A DNA stretch of 64,000 nucleotides from Octopus vulgaris (GCA_951406725.2 OX597815.1:173414001-173478000), one strand, 5' to 3'; shown: positions 39,106 to 52,941, numbered from the stretch's first letter. The notes: generated from the sequence alone by a model not told the origin. Program-made: numbers and translations.

Positions 39106-42067
39106 ATCAATAATGATAAACTTTTTGTGGTTTGATGCGTCTTTCTTCGTTAAAATGTTTCACTAATACAATATTGTCACCAGTGAAGTGAAGTTCCCTT
39201 AACACATCTTTGAAGTTTTTGTCTTTACATGAAGTTGAGAATGCTTTATCAATCCACAATCAATGCACATGTAAAATAGCATATTTAATGGATTTAGAAA
39301 TCAGAGTATGATAAAAACTGTTCTTTGTGAGAGCTACAACACAACAGTATTTTACCTTATAATGAAATATAACGGATCCAATCTGGATCCAATATGGAGC
39401 TATGAATTGTGATTTGAATTGTTTAGGAGAATATCAGTGAATCCAAGTCACACAAGTACATACTAGAAACCTGTGAAGCTGATTTTTTTTTACATGAATA
39501 CTCCAAATAGAGGATTCCACTGTTTTTTGCATATATCTCGTAAATCACAAGGAACATGACTACTCTAAACTGATTGTGAAATTTTGGCTGGTTCTCAGCA
39601 TTTTTATACAAGTTGTTATAATCTGGGATGTAACATCCAGACACGTGTTGCTTACCAGATTCAACAAGGAGATTCTTTTTCAATGCTGGAAATAATTTTT
39701 GTTTACTCTGAGGGTAAAGATATAAACATCCTTCAGGTTTCAGTGCAATCATAAGCACTTTCTTGCACATCTAAACAAAGGAGTGGCTGTTTATAAATTG
39801 TGATCTTTATTTCATTAATAAATAAATACAATACTATATTTCATCATTTAAATTTGTTATAACTATGTTATAATCACCAATGTGTATAGAATATATAGTG
39901 ATAGGCTTCATGTTAGGTACAACTTCTCTGCAAATTGAACTGTTTCACATCCAGTTAAAGATGCTTCACTTCACTAATGAGTATAGTGAAGAGCACAATG
40001 TAGAGAGACAAAGTGAAGGGTGGATAAGATGTGTATGTGCAGAATATAAGTAGAGGCAAAAGTTAAGCAGCAAATGTCGTATTTGGGTATAAGACATGAA
40101 TGTTAAAGAAAGTTAGACAGGGGATTTATTAAAAGAAGTAGATGAAGTCATGTCTCAGAATTGTTCTTATAATAGTGAAGACAAAATGTTATATGATATA
40201 TAAAATCAGCTTCAAGTGAATGGGAGTAAACAGGACATTTTGGGTGAAATTTTGCAGACACTTCTATTGGTCTTACATAAAGGAGGGAGCTTTAATAATC
40301 CCAGGACTTTTATCCCATGAGTCATGATGAGTGTTCCAACAATTTATGAGAAAGTGAATTAGCCAATACAGTAATGAGTCAGATTATTTCAGTGTAAACA
40401 TCAGAAAATAGATTAGAGAAAATTATTTAATAATATCTACAGAAACTATGTTTAGCTCAAGAAACCTTGAAAAGAAAGAAGCCAAAGGCATATTTAGTGC
40501 ATTGATTTATTGCATCAAAAAAAATTTGGAATACAAGTTCAAAAGATAATTTTTAAATACTTTAAAGATTTTATTTACTTGGATAAATTATTTTCATTAA
40601 ATATATTCGCAAACTTCTTAAAACTTTATAAATAACATTGATTAAGATTAATCTGAGCAGGATAATTTGAATCTACACTTCAAGATCCATCTCTTTTTAG
40701 CATCTCTTTGATACTAGAGAACTTTGCCATAAACTATTTCCAGTTAATAGTTTAGAATGGACTCGACTGCAAATAAGAAGTATATTTTGGCTCTTTATGA
40801 GTAAGCTTAGAGTAGTTTACGCCACTATACATTAATAATTAAACAATTTATGCAATGTAAATAAGTAATATATTATGTTTGTTTGTGTATGCATGTGTTT
40901 AGGTAAGTTAGAATAATTAAGTCATTAGACATAATTATTCTAGCTTACAGATCAATATATGTCTGAATGAAATGAAAATAGATGTGTGGAAGAGGTTTAA
41001 CACTCCAATTGTGTACTAGTTTTTCAAGAATGCATTCTCACCTACCTATTACAGTTTACAGAAATATAAAGTAAAGAACTTGTAGTTAGCAAATCAATAA
41101 AAAAATTGCAAGTGCATCTACAATTGGTTGTTATTGATGAATACATTTAGCTGAATGAATACTCCTAATTACTGCAGCTGCTGCTGCTGTTACTGATGTT
41201 AAAGAGTAAAAGCAAGAGGGGATGAGTAAGATAATCAAGACAATGACAGGGAATGATGTTTAGGAAAATGTTAGCTCTGTTATTTTTTCATATGTGCACA
41301 TGAACATAGATTTAACGCATAGTGATAATTTTCAGTAGGCTTTTAAAAATTTTGATAGGCAAAAATTATCTAACTAAAGTGTAGATGTGAACTGGAGCCA
41401 AAAAAGCAAGCTAAAGTAGAGTTTGTTTAAATAAAGAAACCGGTAGTATACAATTGGCGATGACTAACTGGGAAATCGGATTCAACTAATAATTGTCTGT
41501 GTTGATATATATATATATATACAATGACAAAATCAATAGTATGCAATCAGCTTTACCAGCACATATAGTGCTGGAGAGAAATATCCAGAACACTAAAATA
41601 CATGCAGAATAAAAGCATTCAATGATATTAGCGCAGTAAATGCGCGCGCGTGTGGTGTATACACATTCAACTGTATTATTCTATCAATGTATACGAGCAT
41701 CTAAGTGAATGAATACATACATGAGTAGCTGAAAGGGGTAGTAGTTTACTTGCAAAAGTACACAAAAAAAAAAAGAATATAAATGAATAAGAATTAAAAC
41801 TGAATAATATGTAACATTTACGAGTGAAAAAATAATATACTGGTAAAATCTTTCGCATTAACATTATATGAAAATTGTTTCTGTTTAGACAAAATATTTG
41901 AAAATGATTATAAGAATAAAGCATGCTTAAATGACAGGATGGAGCATGGTATATACACTAGACCACCAGCTGAGGACAAGAAAATCATGAGATGTTGAAA
42001 GAAAACAAAAATCAACAGTAGTCGGCTACTGATTAGAGGTGGGGTCAGAAAAAATATGTATACTTAC

Positions 42068-42207
42068 AAGAGGAGTTGGGGATCATAAGGGATGGTTATG
42101 GTCCCACATGAAATAGTGCTGTTGGACACAGTTGTGTCATTATTGTTGTTGTTGTAATTATTGTTTGTAACAGTGGTAGGACATTTTGAATATGTGTTTT
42201 CACGCAT
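42068..42207 (-). CDS. Candidate alternative first exon (or 144-nt cassette exon 42068-42211) of a short dystrophin isoform
   Basis: gcaaaATG preceded by in-frame TAG and TAA. 46 open codons MRENTYSKCPTTVTNNNYNNNNNDTTVSNSTISCGTITIPYDPQLL, then TT|gtaagta, a perfect phase-2 donor compatible with the acceptor at 26496. Confidence 0.6.
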
Positions 42208-42245
42208 TTTGCTGGAGTGTTATTGACCACACCACTAAATTTAAG

Positions 42246-42313
42246 CAGGTGTTTTCTCTAAGTCACAAGAACAACTGAACTGTAACAGGTGCTCTGTCAA
42301 ATTAAGGGGTTTG

Positions 42314-42360
<47 letters not shown>

Positions 42361-42528
42361 ATGTGTGAGTGTGTGTAAATATATATATCCAACAGGTGTG
42401 GAGAGAGAGGGAGAGAGAGAGAGAGAAAGAGAGACAGTAAAATATTATATAGATTACTGAAACTGTTTAATAGTGTTATATACTGGTAAAGTAATTAATC
42501 CAACTATCAACATTGAAATCACCAGGTG
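42246..42528. promoter_or_regulatory. Cluster of four CAGGTG/CACCTG E-boxes upstream of the candidate first exon
   Basis: CAGGTG on + at 42246, 42286, 42393 and 42523, all in the same orientation, interleaved with (TA)n and (GA)n tracts. Confidence 0.4.
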
Positions 42529-44357
42529 ATAGTGAAAGCTGTGTGTATGTGTGTAAGCTCGCGAAACACTCATTGTTTTTAAATGCACACATCACTGATG
42601 TAGTACTTCTGGGAAAAAATTACGAAGGGGCTATTTCATAAAGAGCAGGGTAAAGTAGAAGATAAGATGCTGCTGTTTTAAAGACTTTTATGAAACAACA
42701 TACTAGTTGACAATATTTGTATCAAATCCAAAGTCACAGTTGAAAACAGTTGTTAATTCTTCATGACTGCCTCTCTTATGCATAGTAGTAATTTTTATGC
42801 TTAATGCACACGTGCTCTATCCCTGCCTTACACTAATCATCGTTCTCTGAATCATATACCCTATCTCCAAACCATTGACTCAAACAAGCTCACCCAAACC
42901 ACAACAAATTACTACTGAAATATAATTGTCTTGATTTATCACAATTTTTTTTTTATTATTAAAATGTAAACATTATTATTCTATAAAAATGTTTTTACTG
43001 CATGAAACTTGGTATTTATATTTTCAGTTTCCAAACTGTTTGTCTTGGCACAGTGGTGTGTTGTGAAATCAATATCTATGTGTCATGATTTGTTTTCTTT
43101 ATGAAGCAAATCTATAAGTTAATGTTATTTTATATCAAGGTTTTTTTTTTCTTTCTTAAAAAATAAAAATAAAATAAAATCCACCCAGTTCATTACTGGT
43201 CAGAGTCTAATAATTGTACTGCAGTGTTATATCTTATTTCAAATTTCCTTAAAATTTAAGTGAAATGAAATGTATGGCATTTGAAAAAGTTGTCTATTTT
43301 TGTCTGTTAATGACCACACACATACATATATGCATGCACGCACACACACATACACACGCACGTGCACACACACACACACACACACTTCAATGAATATGTA
43401 CTGTCTAGAAAGAATGATCAAATCCTACATCAAAACTTTTATAATCAGCAGAAATCTTTCATTGAGCTCAGTATAAAAATGGAATATTTCAAACATACAA
43501 ATGTTTTTTGTCATATCTAATTTTAAAATTTGCCTGATTATATGTGTGTGTGTGTATACACACACATACATATCCATACATACTATTGATGTTTGTATAA
43601 GTTTTTGAATTATGATTTCACTTATTATTTCCTTTTCCGAGTTATTCAAGTACTTGGGGCACTTAGACTGATAGGTTTTAAGGGCTTTTTGATGCAATGT
43701 TAATATTATTAAGTATTATTATTCACAGTTATAGCAACCACATTTAAGAAGTTCCTTGATATTGAATTAGAAGAGTTGGGTCAAGTTAATATAGTTGAAC
43801 ATGTTTGCATAACAATGATGAAATTGCAGAAAAGTCAGAGGACTAGTTCAAACACACTTTAAAGTATTATATTCTGTATATTCAGATATCTAATACCTTC
43901 AGAATTGACTTAGCCGTTCATATATCACAGCTCAATAAAATAAATAGCAATCATGTACTATAGTTGAATCAATGAGTTACAATTACTTAAAAATTTGTGG
44001 CCTTATACCATGAACCATCAAAATATTAAATGTTCATGTTGGTTCATTGTAGGTGAGTATTTGGTCTAGTCAAATATATGCAAAAAAGGATTGAGCAAAA
44101 TATTTTCATAAATGACAGAAAGGCTGGAAGAAGTTTTTGACAATATTGTTGCCAGTCCAATTTTTCTCAAATGCAATCTGAAGAAAGTGTTTCGCTGATA
44201 ACATGAGAAATGAAATTTTTAAAAGAGTCAGTATCTTAGTGCTGATACATATTTTGGTCCAAATTCATCACTTTAGAATTGCTGTGTATCTGATGTGAAT
44301 GGTTGGAAAGCATTTATTTTATACATGTTGCAGTAAGAAAGATATATACATCTATTC

Positions 44358-44720
44358 ATCATCATCGTTTAACGTCCGCTTTCCATGCTAGCATGGGTTG
44401 GATGAATGACTGAAGGCTGGCGAACCAAATGGTTGCACCAGGCTTCAATCTTGATCTGGAAGAGTTTCTACAGCTTGATGCCCTTCCTAACGCCAACCAC
44501 TCTGAGAGTGTAGTGGGTGCTTTAACGTGCCAGTCAGGCAGTACTGGCAATGACCTCGCTCGAATCTTGTACACGTGTCACTGGCACAGGTGCCAGTAAG
44601 GTGGTGCTGGTAACGATCACGCTCGAATGGTGTCTTTTATTTGCCACCGGCACGGAGGCCAGATAGCCGCTCTGGCAACGATTACGCTCGTATGGTGCTC
44701 CTAATACCCTACTAGCACGG
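44358..44720 (-). mobile_element. Relatively young RTE LINE 3' end with (GAT)n tail
   Basis: catcatcatcgtttaacgtccgctttccatgc..., CpGs retained, internal ~60-bp subrepeats (ggcaatgacctcgctcgaat / ggtaacgatcacgctcgaat / ggcaacgattacgctcgtat). Confidence 0.8.
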
Positions 44721-45539
44721 GGCTAACGTAATTAATTATATTTCCGTACTATAGGGGCATAAAATTAAGATTTGCATCCTAAATTTCAGTGATAACTTCA
44801 CAAGTGTCCAAAGCAATAACTTTGCATTTAGACAGTCATCTTGAAATTTTGTTGGTAATTCCCATGCTCTCTATTTAAGCAGATCTATGGTATGCAGAGA
44901 AAAATGGCTGGTTAAATGTAACATTCAGTTAGCATTTCTAATTTTTACAACCCACTGATAACTGAAAATGAAGACTACACATGTAGATATGGTTAACTTG
45001 TTTCTTATGTGCTCATCACTATAATGAATTTGAGATGTGTGCCACTTTATTTTGTTTTTGATATTAAATGTATTATGCATACTTTCTTACTATGGAATAG
45101 ATGTTGGTGGAAGGTAAGAAATTTGCTTGTTAGGACCTGAGCCATCACTAGAGATAAGAATAACTATAATTCCATCATGACCAATGGATTCTGTACTGAG
45201 AGATGAGCATTTTCTGCAGTTAGTGTGGCCACTGTCAATGAGTCAGTGTCTTGTCTATTTGCATCAACATTGCGTGTAGACATATATATGCATGGACAAT
45301 TTATCAGAGAACTGTTTTACTGTAAGGGAAGCTGAGGAACAAAATAAAAGTAAATATGTTGTCCAGAGAAGATTGTAAAACTCAACAGAGACAAGCAATC
45401 AATGACTTCAGGATAAGAGCTTCAGAGACAGAAGACAAACTTAGAAAAGTAAGGTTTGGAATCTGAATGATGCCTTCATTGTATATAACTTTCAAGAAGC
45501 ACAAAATATGCCTCTGGCAATAAGCGATGAGAGTGAGAA

Positions 45540-47560
45540 CTATGACAGCTAGGTTTTGCTATGTGACAATCTTCTGCAAAGATACCAGGGCTGTGGGTGA
45601 GCCAGGTTTCAACTAAAAGTTTAGAACAAGGTAGTCAAAGCCATAAAGGCTAAAAGGTAGGTCTAGAAAGAATGGAAGAAAGGCAGTAGAAGAAAAGGAA
45701 CAGCATTGGGTAGGTATGCGCTAGTATGCTTAGCAGGGAGAGAAAATGAACATAAAAAGTTTGCCAACATCCTGAAAATTGAAAATCAAAAGAACAGGAG
45801 TTCCAAATAGTGAGGCAGTGGGTCAGTATGAACTAGGAAAACTGTATGTAATATTGTAGGTGTAAACTTACCCTCACTGATGCTGACAAGAAAGAGGCCT
45901 GGGAATGCTTACTATGAGTTGTTGAATGTAGAGAATATAAAAGAAAAAAAGATACTATCCATATAGATCCAACAGAGAGACCACCTAGATATAGTAACTA
46001 CGATATAGTGAAAATGACCATTAAGGACACCAGTTCTGTTGGTTTGTGGTCACACATGGAAACAAGGACGAAATACAACTCACAGATCTATTTTACTGTC
46101 TCTGATTGTATTAATTTCCATTTTCAAGTTTATTTCTGTATGCCTGTACAGAAAAGACTTGCGAGTATGGTGGACTGTTTCTTTGCCCTTATTGTTAGTG
46201 GTCTGTACCCCAGTAGTGTTTGGAGCTAGTGAGGGCTATCAGTGTTTCAGTTGTTTCTGTGACAATGTGTTGCATAATGCTCATCTGGACCAAGTGAGAA
46301 GGATAGCAAGTTTAGATTGATGATGTAGTACCTAAGGGTGTTGTATACCTGTCTTGGTATAGTGCAGTGAAGTTTTATCCCCTGTAACTGACATTACAGT
46401 ATTATGTTCAGTTGCTACATTGGCAAAGATAAAAAAGAGAAAGTACAAAGATATTAAATTGATGGATCAAGTCATGAAAGCTAGAGAGAGAATGTATTGA
46501 ATGAGAAGCAGTTTGAGTTTATGCCATGGCATGTAACCATTTCTTAGTGAGTCAAGTACAGAAGTTTTTAGCTGAGAATAAACCACAATAACTAACATTA
46601 AATGACCTAGAGATACTTAGAATGCAAGATGTCCATTAAGTCGCAGTTCTCAATCCCATCTTGGTTATCATAATTCTCTAGGCTGTATAAAAAGAATTCA
46701 TAACTATCCATGGGGATCATTGTGACAATCTAGTTCTCATAGCTGAATCAGCTGAAGAATTAGAAAAGTTCTAAACATGAGAGCAGGGCCTGTAACTGAG
46801 AGGTGTGAGAAAAAAACAAAAAAAAACCCAAAAAAACAACAACAACCTACAAAAGATAAAAGTTTTAGCTTAGCTAGCAGGAAAAAAAAAAAAACAGAAC
46901 TCTACTACCTACTGGAAAGTGGTAATGCTTAATTGCAGAAATAGAGTAAGTAGGAATTCTATACTGTATATAATGCAAACTATGGGTACTAAGTTTTCAT
47001 TATATGCATTAGAATGAATTACAAGCAGATTGACAGAGTAGGACTTCATATGTAAAAGAAACACCAAAAATGAAATCTTTCAACCATTTACTAGAAGTAA
47101 TTCATAGCTTCTATTAACTAGGTAGCCTAATCAACAGTAGAGGAGTTTGTGGTAAATGCATAATAGTCAGAGTGAGAATGAGGTGGGAAAAGTTCAAGGA
47201 GTTATTACTTCGGGAGACAACACAAGCTTTCTCAGATTGTATACTTCTTGTGTACAAAGTGACAATACTGTATGGTAATGGAAAAATAGGCATTGAATAA
47301 AAAGGATGTGTAAAGAAAGGAGGTAAGCAAGCTCCACTGGAGGTGTACACTTAGTATACATGTGAACAATGGAGCATAGATTAGCTGAGAGAAAAACAGA
47401 TTATCAGAAGAATCAGCCATAATGCAAGCAAGAAGAGTGTGTTAGTACAGATATTTGAGGTCTATTAAGGATAACAGTTTGGTGAAAAATCCTTGAACAA
47501 TATAAGTGAAGGACTATGTGGCAGAGGAAGATCATAAATGATGAAAGACCATGGAAAGTG
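45540..47560 (+). mobile_element. Highly decayed RTE-clade LINE
   Basis: Remnants IKLMDQVMK, QFEFMP, VRVRMRWEKFKELL and CGRGR, collinear with the copy at 5690. Confidence 0.55.
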
Positions 47561-48548
47561 GCAAGACGCTTTACTAGAACAAATCAATCCAACCTGTGTC
47601 ACATGGGAAAACAGATGTAAAGTGATGACGATACAGAAATACTTCAAATGTAGTGATAGAGTGTAGATTAGACATAAAAAATCAAAATATATAATAAAGC
47701 TGTCATATGTTTTATACTTAGCTGTATTAATAACATTTATATTCTAATAAAGTTATGGTGAGAAAACAATTTTATTATACATCAGAGAATAATAAGTAAC
47801 TGTGATGCAGTTGATAGAAATCTGTGAAATAAAAGTGAGTCTTCTAATGAGTATTGGAGCTGGGTTTTTTTTTTTTTTTTTTTTGAAACATCTGCAATAA
47901 GGCAGAACAATCATTTTAAGTGGAGGGATGAAAAATCTAAGGATTTTAAAGATTGCTGCTTCATTTTATTTATGTCAAGATTTGACATAAAATATTAATA
48001 TAAAATTTCTGAGAAACAACATGAGGAAGGTGAATGCTGACTAATGAGCTTGTGACATTAAAAACAGCAAGGTAAACACATGCTGAGAAGCTGTTGAAGC
48101 ACCAACTGTGTTAACAGTAATAAAGTAGGGAAAAATGAACCACAAATGAGGAGAGGAGCACTGATTCAGAATACGCCTCTACTGTAAACAATTAAAATAT
48201 AGATTAGTGCAACAGTAACAGATGGCAGAGGATTGATGTATTTTTCCTTTATTTCTTTCATGAAATGCGGTGGTGTCATTTCATTTTGGCTCTGCTGTTT
48301 TATCTCCTTTCCAACAGCAAAATGAATATTAAATGTTTGAAAAGACTATCATTAACCTCCAACTGAGTAAAAGAATAAGTTATAATAATGACTAGATAGC
48401 CGAGTTTCACATAGATTTCAAATGATTAATATTAAATTTAATTACATTAAGTTTAGTGAACGTTTCTTCTTTCTGAGAAAATTTAAAGAGAAAACAATAA
48501 TTTTTGTATGATTAATACAAACTATAATATATTGTTTCAAATGTTCAA

Positions 48549-48553
<5 letters not shown>

Positions 48554-48613
<60 letters not shown>

Positions 48614-48624
48614 TGTGTGTGTGT
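48554..48624. repeat. (GA)n(GT)n compound microsatellite
   Basis: Directly visible. Confidence 0.95.
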
Positions 48625-49149
48625 TTAAATACAAGCATGCTCTGCATTATGGAAATTTGTGTTTTCGAAAATTGTATATTAGCATGATGTTCTGGAATGT
48701 GAAGCATGTTTTCCTCTCTTCAATGACTTCCATGAAGCATGAATGTCAATGGAAAAATAAATAAGTTTCACATTACACCAAGATTTTCAGGAACACAAGT
48801 CTTCCATAAAGTAAAGAATGCTTGTAGTTTATTGTATCTGCAGAACTATAATCCAAAATCAATTAATTTGTTTTAAATTTACCAAAAGTAACCTAAATAT
48901 GAATAGCACCGTTATGCCAGAGAACCTGAAATTAAAATATAGCTTCCTTCCCTATAACATAGAGTACCCTGCAGCAACAAGTAATATCTCTTATTACAAA
49001 TATTACTCTTCAAATTATAAGGCCCTTGCAGTGTGACAGGATAAAAATAAATTAGATATTAATTCCTAAAACTAGGTTAGTATAAAAAAGACAAAAAACA
49101 TGAAAATATTTTAAAAATTACATACCTGCATAAGTAGCAAAGTAACTGA

Positions 49150-49500
49150 AAGGTTGGGGGTAGGAGCTCAAGTTTAGTTCCATTGCACCTTGGGCAAGTG
49201 TTTTTGTAACCCTGGGATGACCAAATCCTTGTGAGTGAATTTGGTAGATGGAAACTGAAAGTAGCCAATTATGTGTGTGTGTGTCTTAGTGTTTGTCCAC
49301 CACCACTGCTTGACAATTAGTGTTGGCTGTGTGTTTGTTTACATTCCTGTAACTTGGCTGTTTGGCAAAAGAGACTGATGGAGTAAGTACCAGGCTTTAA
49401 AAAATTAAGTACTGAGGTTGATTTATTTGACTAAGACTCTTCATGGTGGTGCCACAGCTCGGTTTCAGTCCAATGACTGAAACAAGTAACAATAAAGATA
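49150..49500 (+). mobile_element. SINE family 2 copy just downstream of the exon-43-equivalent donor
   Basis: ccttgggcaagtg...gtgaatttggtagatggaaactgaaa...gactgaaacaagtaa. Confidence 0.7.
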
Positions 49501-49543
49501 AAAGGGCCCAATAACTTTGTTGCAAAGAATAAAAGGGACTTAC

Positions 49544-49716
49544 TTGTAGCGTTTGGAATAAGCTTCATTGACATTTTTCCACTGACACTGGAGCCGATCT
49601 GAAATGGCCATAATGTCCTTACTTTCATCATCACCACTTTCAGTTAACATATACAATTTTTGAGTATCAGCATCTTGAATGTTTTTCTGAATGCAATCAA
49701 GAGACTCTTTTACAAT
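49544..49716 (-). CDS. DMD: Dystrophin coding exon, equivalent to human DMD exon 43 (spectrin repeat ~R16), 173 nt
   Basis: cag|ATT acceptor and AA|gtaagt donor (phase 0 to 2). Encodes IVKESLDCIQKNIQDADTQKLYMLTESGDDESKDIMAISDRLQCQWKNVNEAYSKRY(K), similar to human exon 43 (NIKDSL...LDFQWEKVNKMYKDR), same length. Confidence 0.9.
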
Positions 49717-51152
49717 CTGGGGAGTGAAAAAAAATAATAATAAAAAGTTAGAATAATGATTAAATAGTATTATAGGCAGCATTCACTTCAATCAGTCATC
49801 TCTAATTATCTTTATGGTAAACAGGTTAAGGATTTTGAATTCAAAGACAATATTTGTACTTGTGTATTTTTGGATGTGTAACATGTACAATTACATACAA
49901 ATACAATAAAAAAAATATCATGCATTGTTTTTCTTAGAAAATTAACACTTGCAATATTTTTATATTTTACATTCATATAAATTATGCTATTTTTAATATA
50001 CATCAAATATTATCTTGAAAATAATTCCAGTAACTGTAAAAAGTTATTTGTGTAGCTTCCCAGTAACTGCAAAAAGTTAGGCATGACTAGTTGCGCTAAA
50101 ATGTAACTTTCTCTTCCAATGAACCAGAAAGGTAATCATATTAGCTACTTGTATTGCTATAAAGATAAGTACAATTTAATATCGTTAATTATTAATAAAA
50201 ACAAAATAGAAACAAAATGAGACTGTATTTAATCATGTGTTGATGTTCCTTATTAAGATAGGAAATATATCTGAAGGGATATTCAATGAAAGAATAGAAA
50301 GAAAGTTATCTGTAGATATATTTGTTTTAAATGCAGAGAAAATATCCATAAATTTCTGGAATTTATACTGAAAAATGAAAAGAGAAAAACTGAACATGCA
50401 ATATTTTGTTTACAAGAATAGATATATATATAATCTGGGAAGCTACAATTAAAGGGAAGTAACTCCTGCTATATTTACCATTAAGCGGAAATATATGGAT
50501 TGCTGAGAAATTTTCTAATTTCTTGACAGAAGTCAATAGTAAAATGTATGTTTTCATCCACAGAGAAATGCCCCCACTTTATCATAACTTTCAAGAGAAA
50601 TTTATATATTCTTCAACATAGATTCTTTGTTTTTACATCCATTTCCTCATGCTAGTATGATTATATGAATATATTACTGATGCACAGTTTTACAATCTGA
50701 TATTCTTCCTGTGATCAACCCATAGTTATTTTCCAAGTAGGAGATATCATATTTCACATGTCTTTGAAGGCACGAAGTGGGTGAATAATTTATTGACAGT
50801 GTGAATGACAACAACAATATCTCTTCTAGCTTGCAACTTTCTTAAAGTGTAAACATACACAGCGCACACACATTCTTTCAGTATCTGTTTATAAAATGAC
50901 TGATAAAGCTTTGATTAGCTTGGGGCTATAGAAGACACTAGCCCAAGGAGCTGCACAATGGGCTGAACTTGAAAGGCTTAGCTACAGCTTTGCCTTTGTC
51001 TCTAGTAAAGGTAAACATATACCTAGAATACTTTGGGGAAATAATTTTATAAAAGACACCATTAAAGTCGATTGTATGGCTGAGTTATGGATGTGATACT
51101 TTCATACACAGGTCTCAACAGAAAGAAGTGCAGCTGGACAAAATGAACTTAA

Positions 51153-51367
51153 CCCTTTTGTTACCATATTTCTGTTGAAATGCTCAGTGTTTCTTTCAAT
51201 TGATTTTAAATATAACAAAGAATTTAGTAAAATAACTTAGTTATCATTCAGCTAGTGTTAGGAACATAAATTGTGACTAAGGTTTGGTGGAAGATTTTAA
51301 TTCAAAACTTATGAAAACAAGACATTTGTACCCAGAGCCGGTTTCAGTTGGGTTGGTAATGAAAGGG
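51153..51367. mobile_element. piggyBac-type MITE (subfamily A) with TTAA target duplication
   Basis: TTAA|CCCTTTTGTTACCA ... TGGTAATGAAAGGG|TTAA. Confidence 0.85.
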
Positions 51368-52720
51368 TTAATAAGATTTTCAATATACTTCACAACAGAA
51401 GAAAAACAAAATACAATAAGCTGGCTTTCCTGAAGAAGTTAATAACATACAGAGTATAGATTCATGACAACTGTATGTTGTATGTCTACATTCACCAGAC
51501 ACTACTAGACCTTTCACTTCCATGATTCACATGAGGAAAGGGACTGTCTATGGGATGCAATAAACAGCAAGCAACTGTGATGAGAAGCCACCCAGGCATA
51601 TGTCAACAAAACATGATCAAGATGAGAAAGACCCATTAGAATAATGTAGTGATTACTCTGCAAGCATAGCACCAACTTCCAAGAACAGTGATATAAAGGT
51701 GGAGAATATTAGTTAAATAACAAAATAGAAAAAAGAAAAAAAAAGTGAAATAATCTGTCTACCATTCAGAGACATGTACGTCAGAAAAAAAATTCTGATC
51801 TGCTGTGCATACATCAGGACAGTAATGAAATGAGATGAAATGAAATAAACATCCAATATAGGTTTACCTTTCATGAACCATCTCTTCTGAACAAAGCTTC
51901 AATGAAAAGAAATCAATAATGCTATGCAGTTGTAAAAAGGAATATAAAAGTGAAAGTAACCCTCAAAGAATAAGGTTTAAGATTAAAGTGAAGTTGTAAT
52001 TTGTGAGGTGACATAGAAATTAGATATAGCTGATCACTGTGGAAGAAAAAGGGAGTTATGCTTGTGGAATAAAGTTACAATAAGTGATAAGGAACAATAC
52101 TGACAGATAAGATGGTTGAAAGAATCAATGCATTATGCTGGCTGTGATAACCTCTTCAGTAGGCCTAGCATAGAGATAAACACAATAAGGGAACCTTTAA
52201 TCAACAACACCAAATCTCTAAGCCTGATTTTCATTATCTAATTGTTTTACAAGACAACATAATACATAAGAAATGACTGAATTTCAAGTGTTCTAGTTTA
52301 TTAGATGGATACTTTGGTTTAAACGGATTAAGCAAGTGGCGCTACAAGTACAAGGATAATTAATATGAAGATATCTGCTGTGAATAACAGGAAGGTGACA
52401 TTCTACCTCAGTAGGTTGAACAAAGGGTTTGGCTTGAAATTTTGACAATGTTACTATATATGACATGCAACTGAAAGAGGTCAAAGATTACAATAGCTTA
52501 AATTTGACTATAACCATTAAGATGAGGACACTAGTCCAATATATAATACTGATAATTTCTCATCTCAGTAATACAGACAGATTGATGGCATTTTAATAAA
52601 ACAATGGGTCCAATTTATAATGATTATAATTAATACTTTGATTTATTATATTCTTATTTTGAGATAATTGTAGATGTAGATTCTTTAATATCATTTTAAC
52701 AGTATTGATCTTTTCTTTAA

Positions 52721-52941
52721 CCCTTTAGCATTTAAACCGGCCATATCCGGCCAAAAATATTCTACCTGTTTTATGTTCAAACTGGCCAGATCTGGTCTCT
52801 CAGACCAACCCTACAATATTGTTTTAAAAATTAACAACTACCTCATCAAAATCTCATAGCTACAAGATAATGCATGATTAATTCAAAACAAGGTAGGCGA
52901 AGAAGCATTAATTTTGGCAGAATAATGCGAACACTAAAGGG
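52721..52941. mobile_element. piggyBac-type MITE (subfamily B) with TTAA target duplication
   Basis: TTAA|CCCTTTAG ... CTAAAGGG|TTAA. Confidence 0.85.

Noticed and set aside
40948-40963. Possible 14-nt microexon (cattcag|ACATATATTGATCT|gtaagc), and a similar 14-nt unit at about 59082-59095
   Set aside because: The length is not a multiple of three and the phases do not fit the neighbouring exons.
51866-51885. ATG GTT CAT GAA AG|gtaaac as a mini first exon
   Set aside because: Phase 2, but the next downstream exon (49716) needs phase 0. It would require skipping and has no other support.
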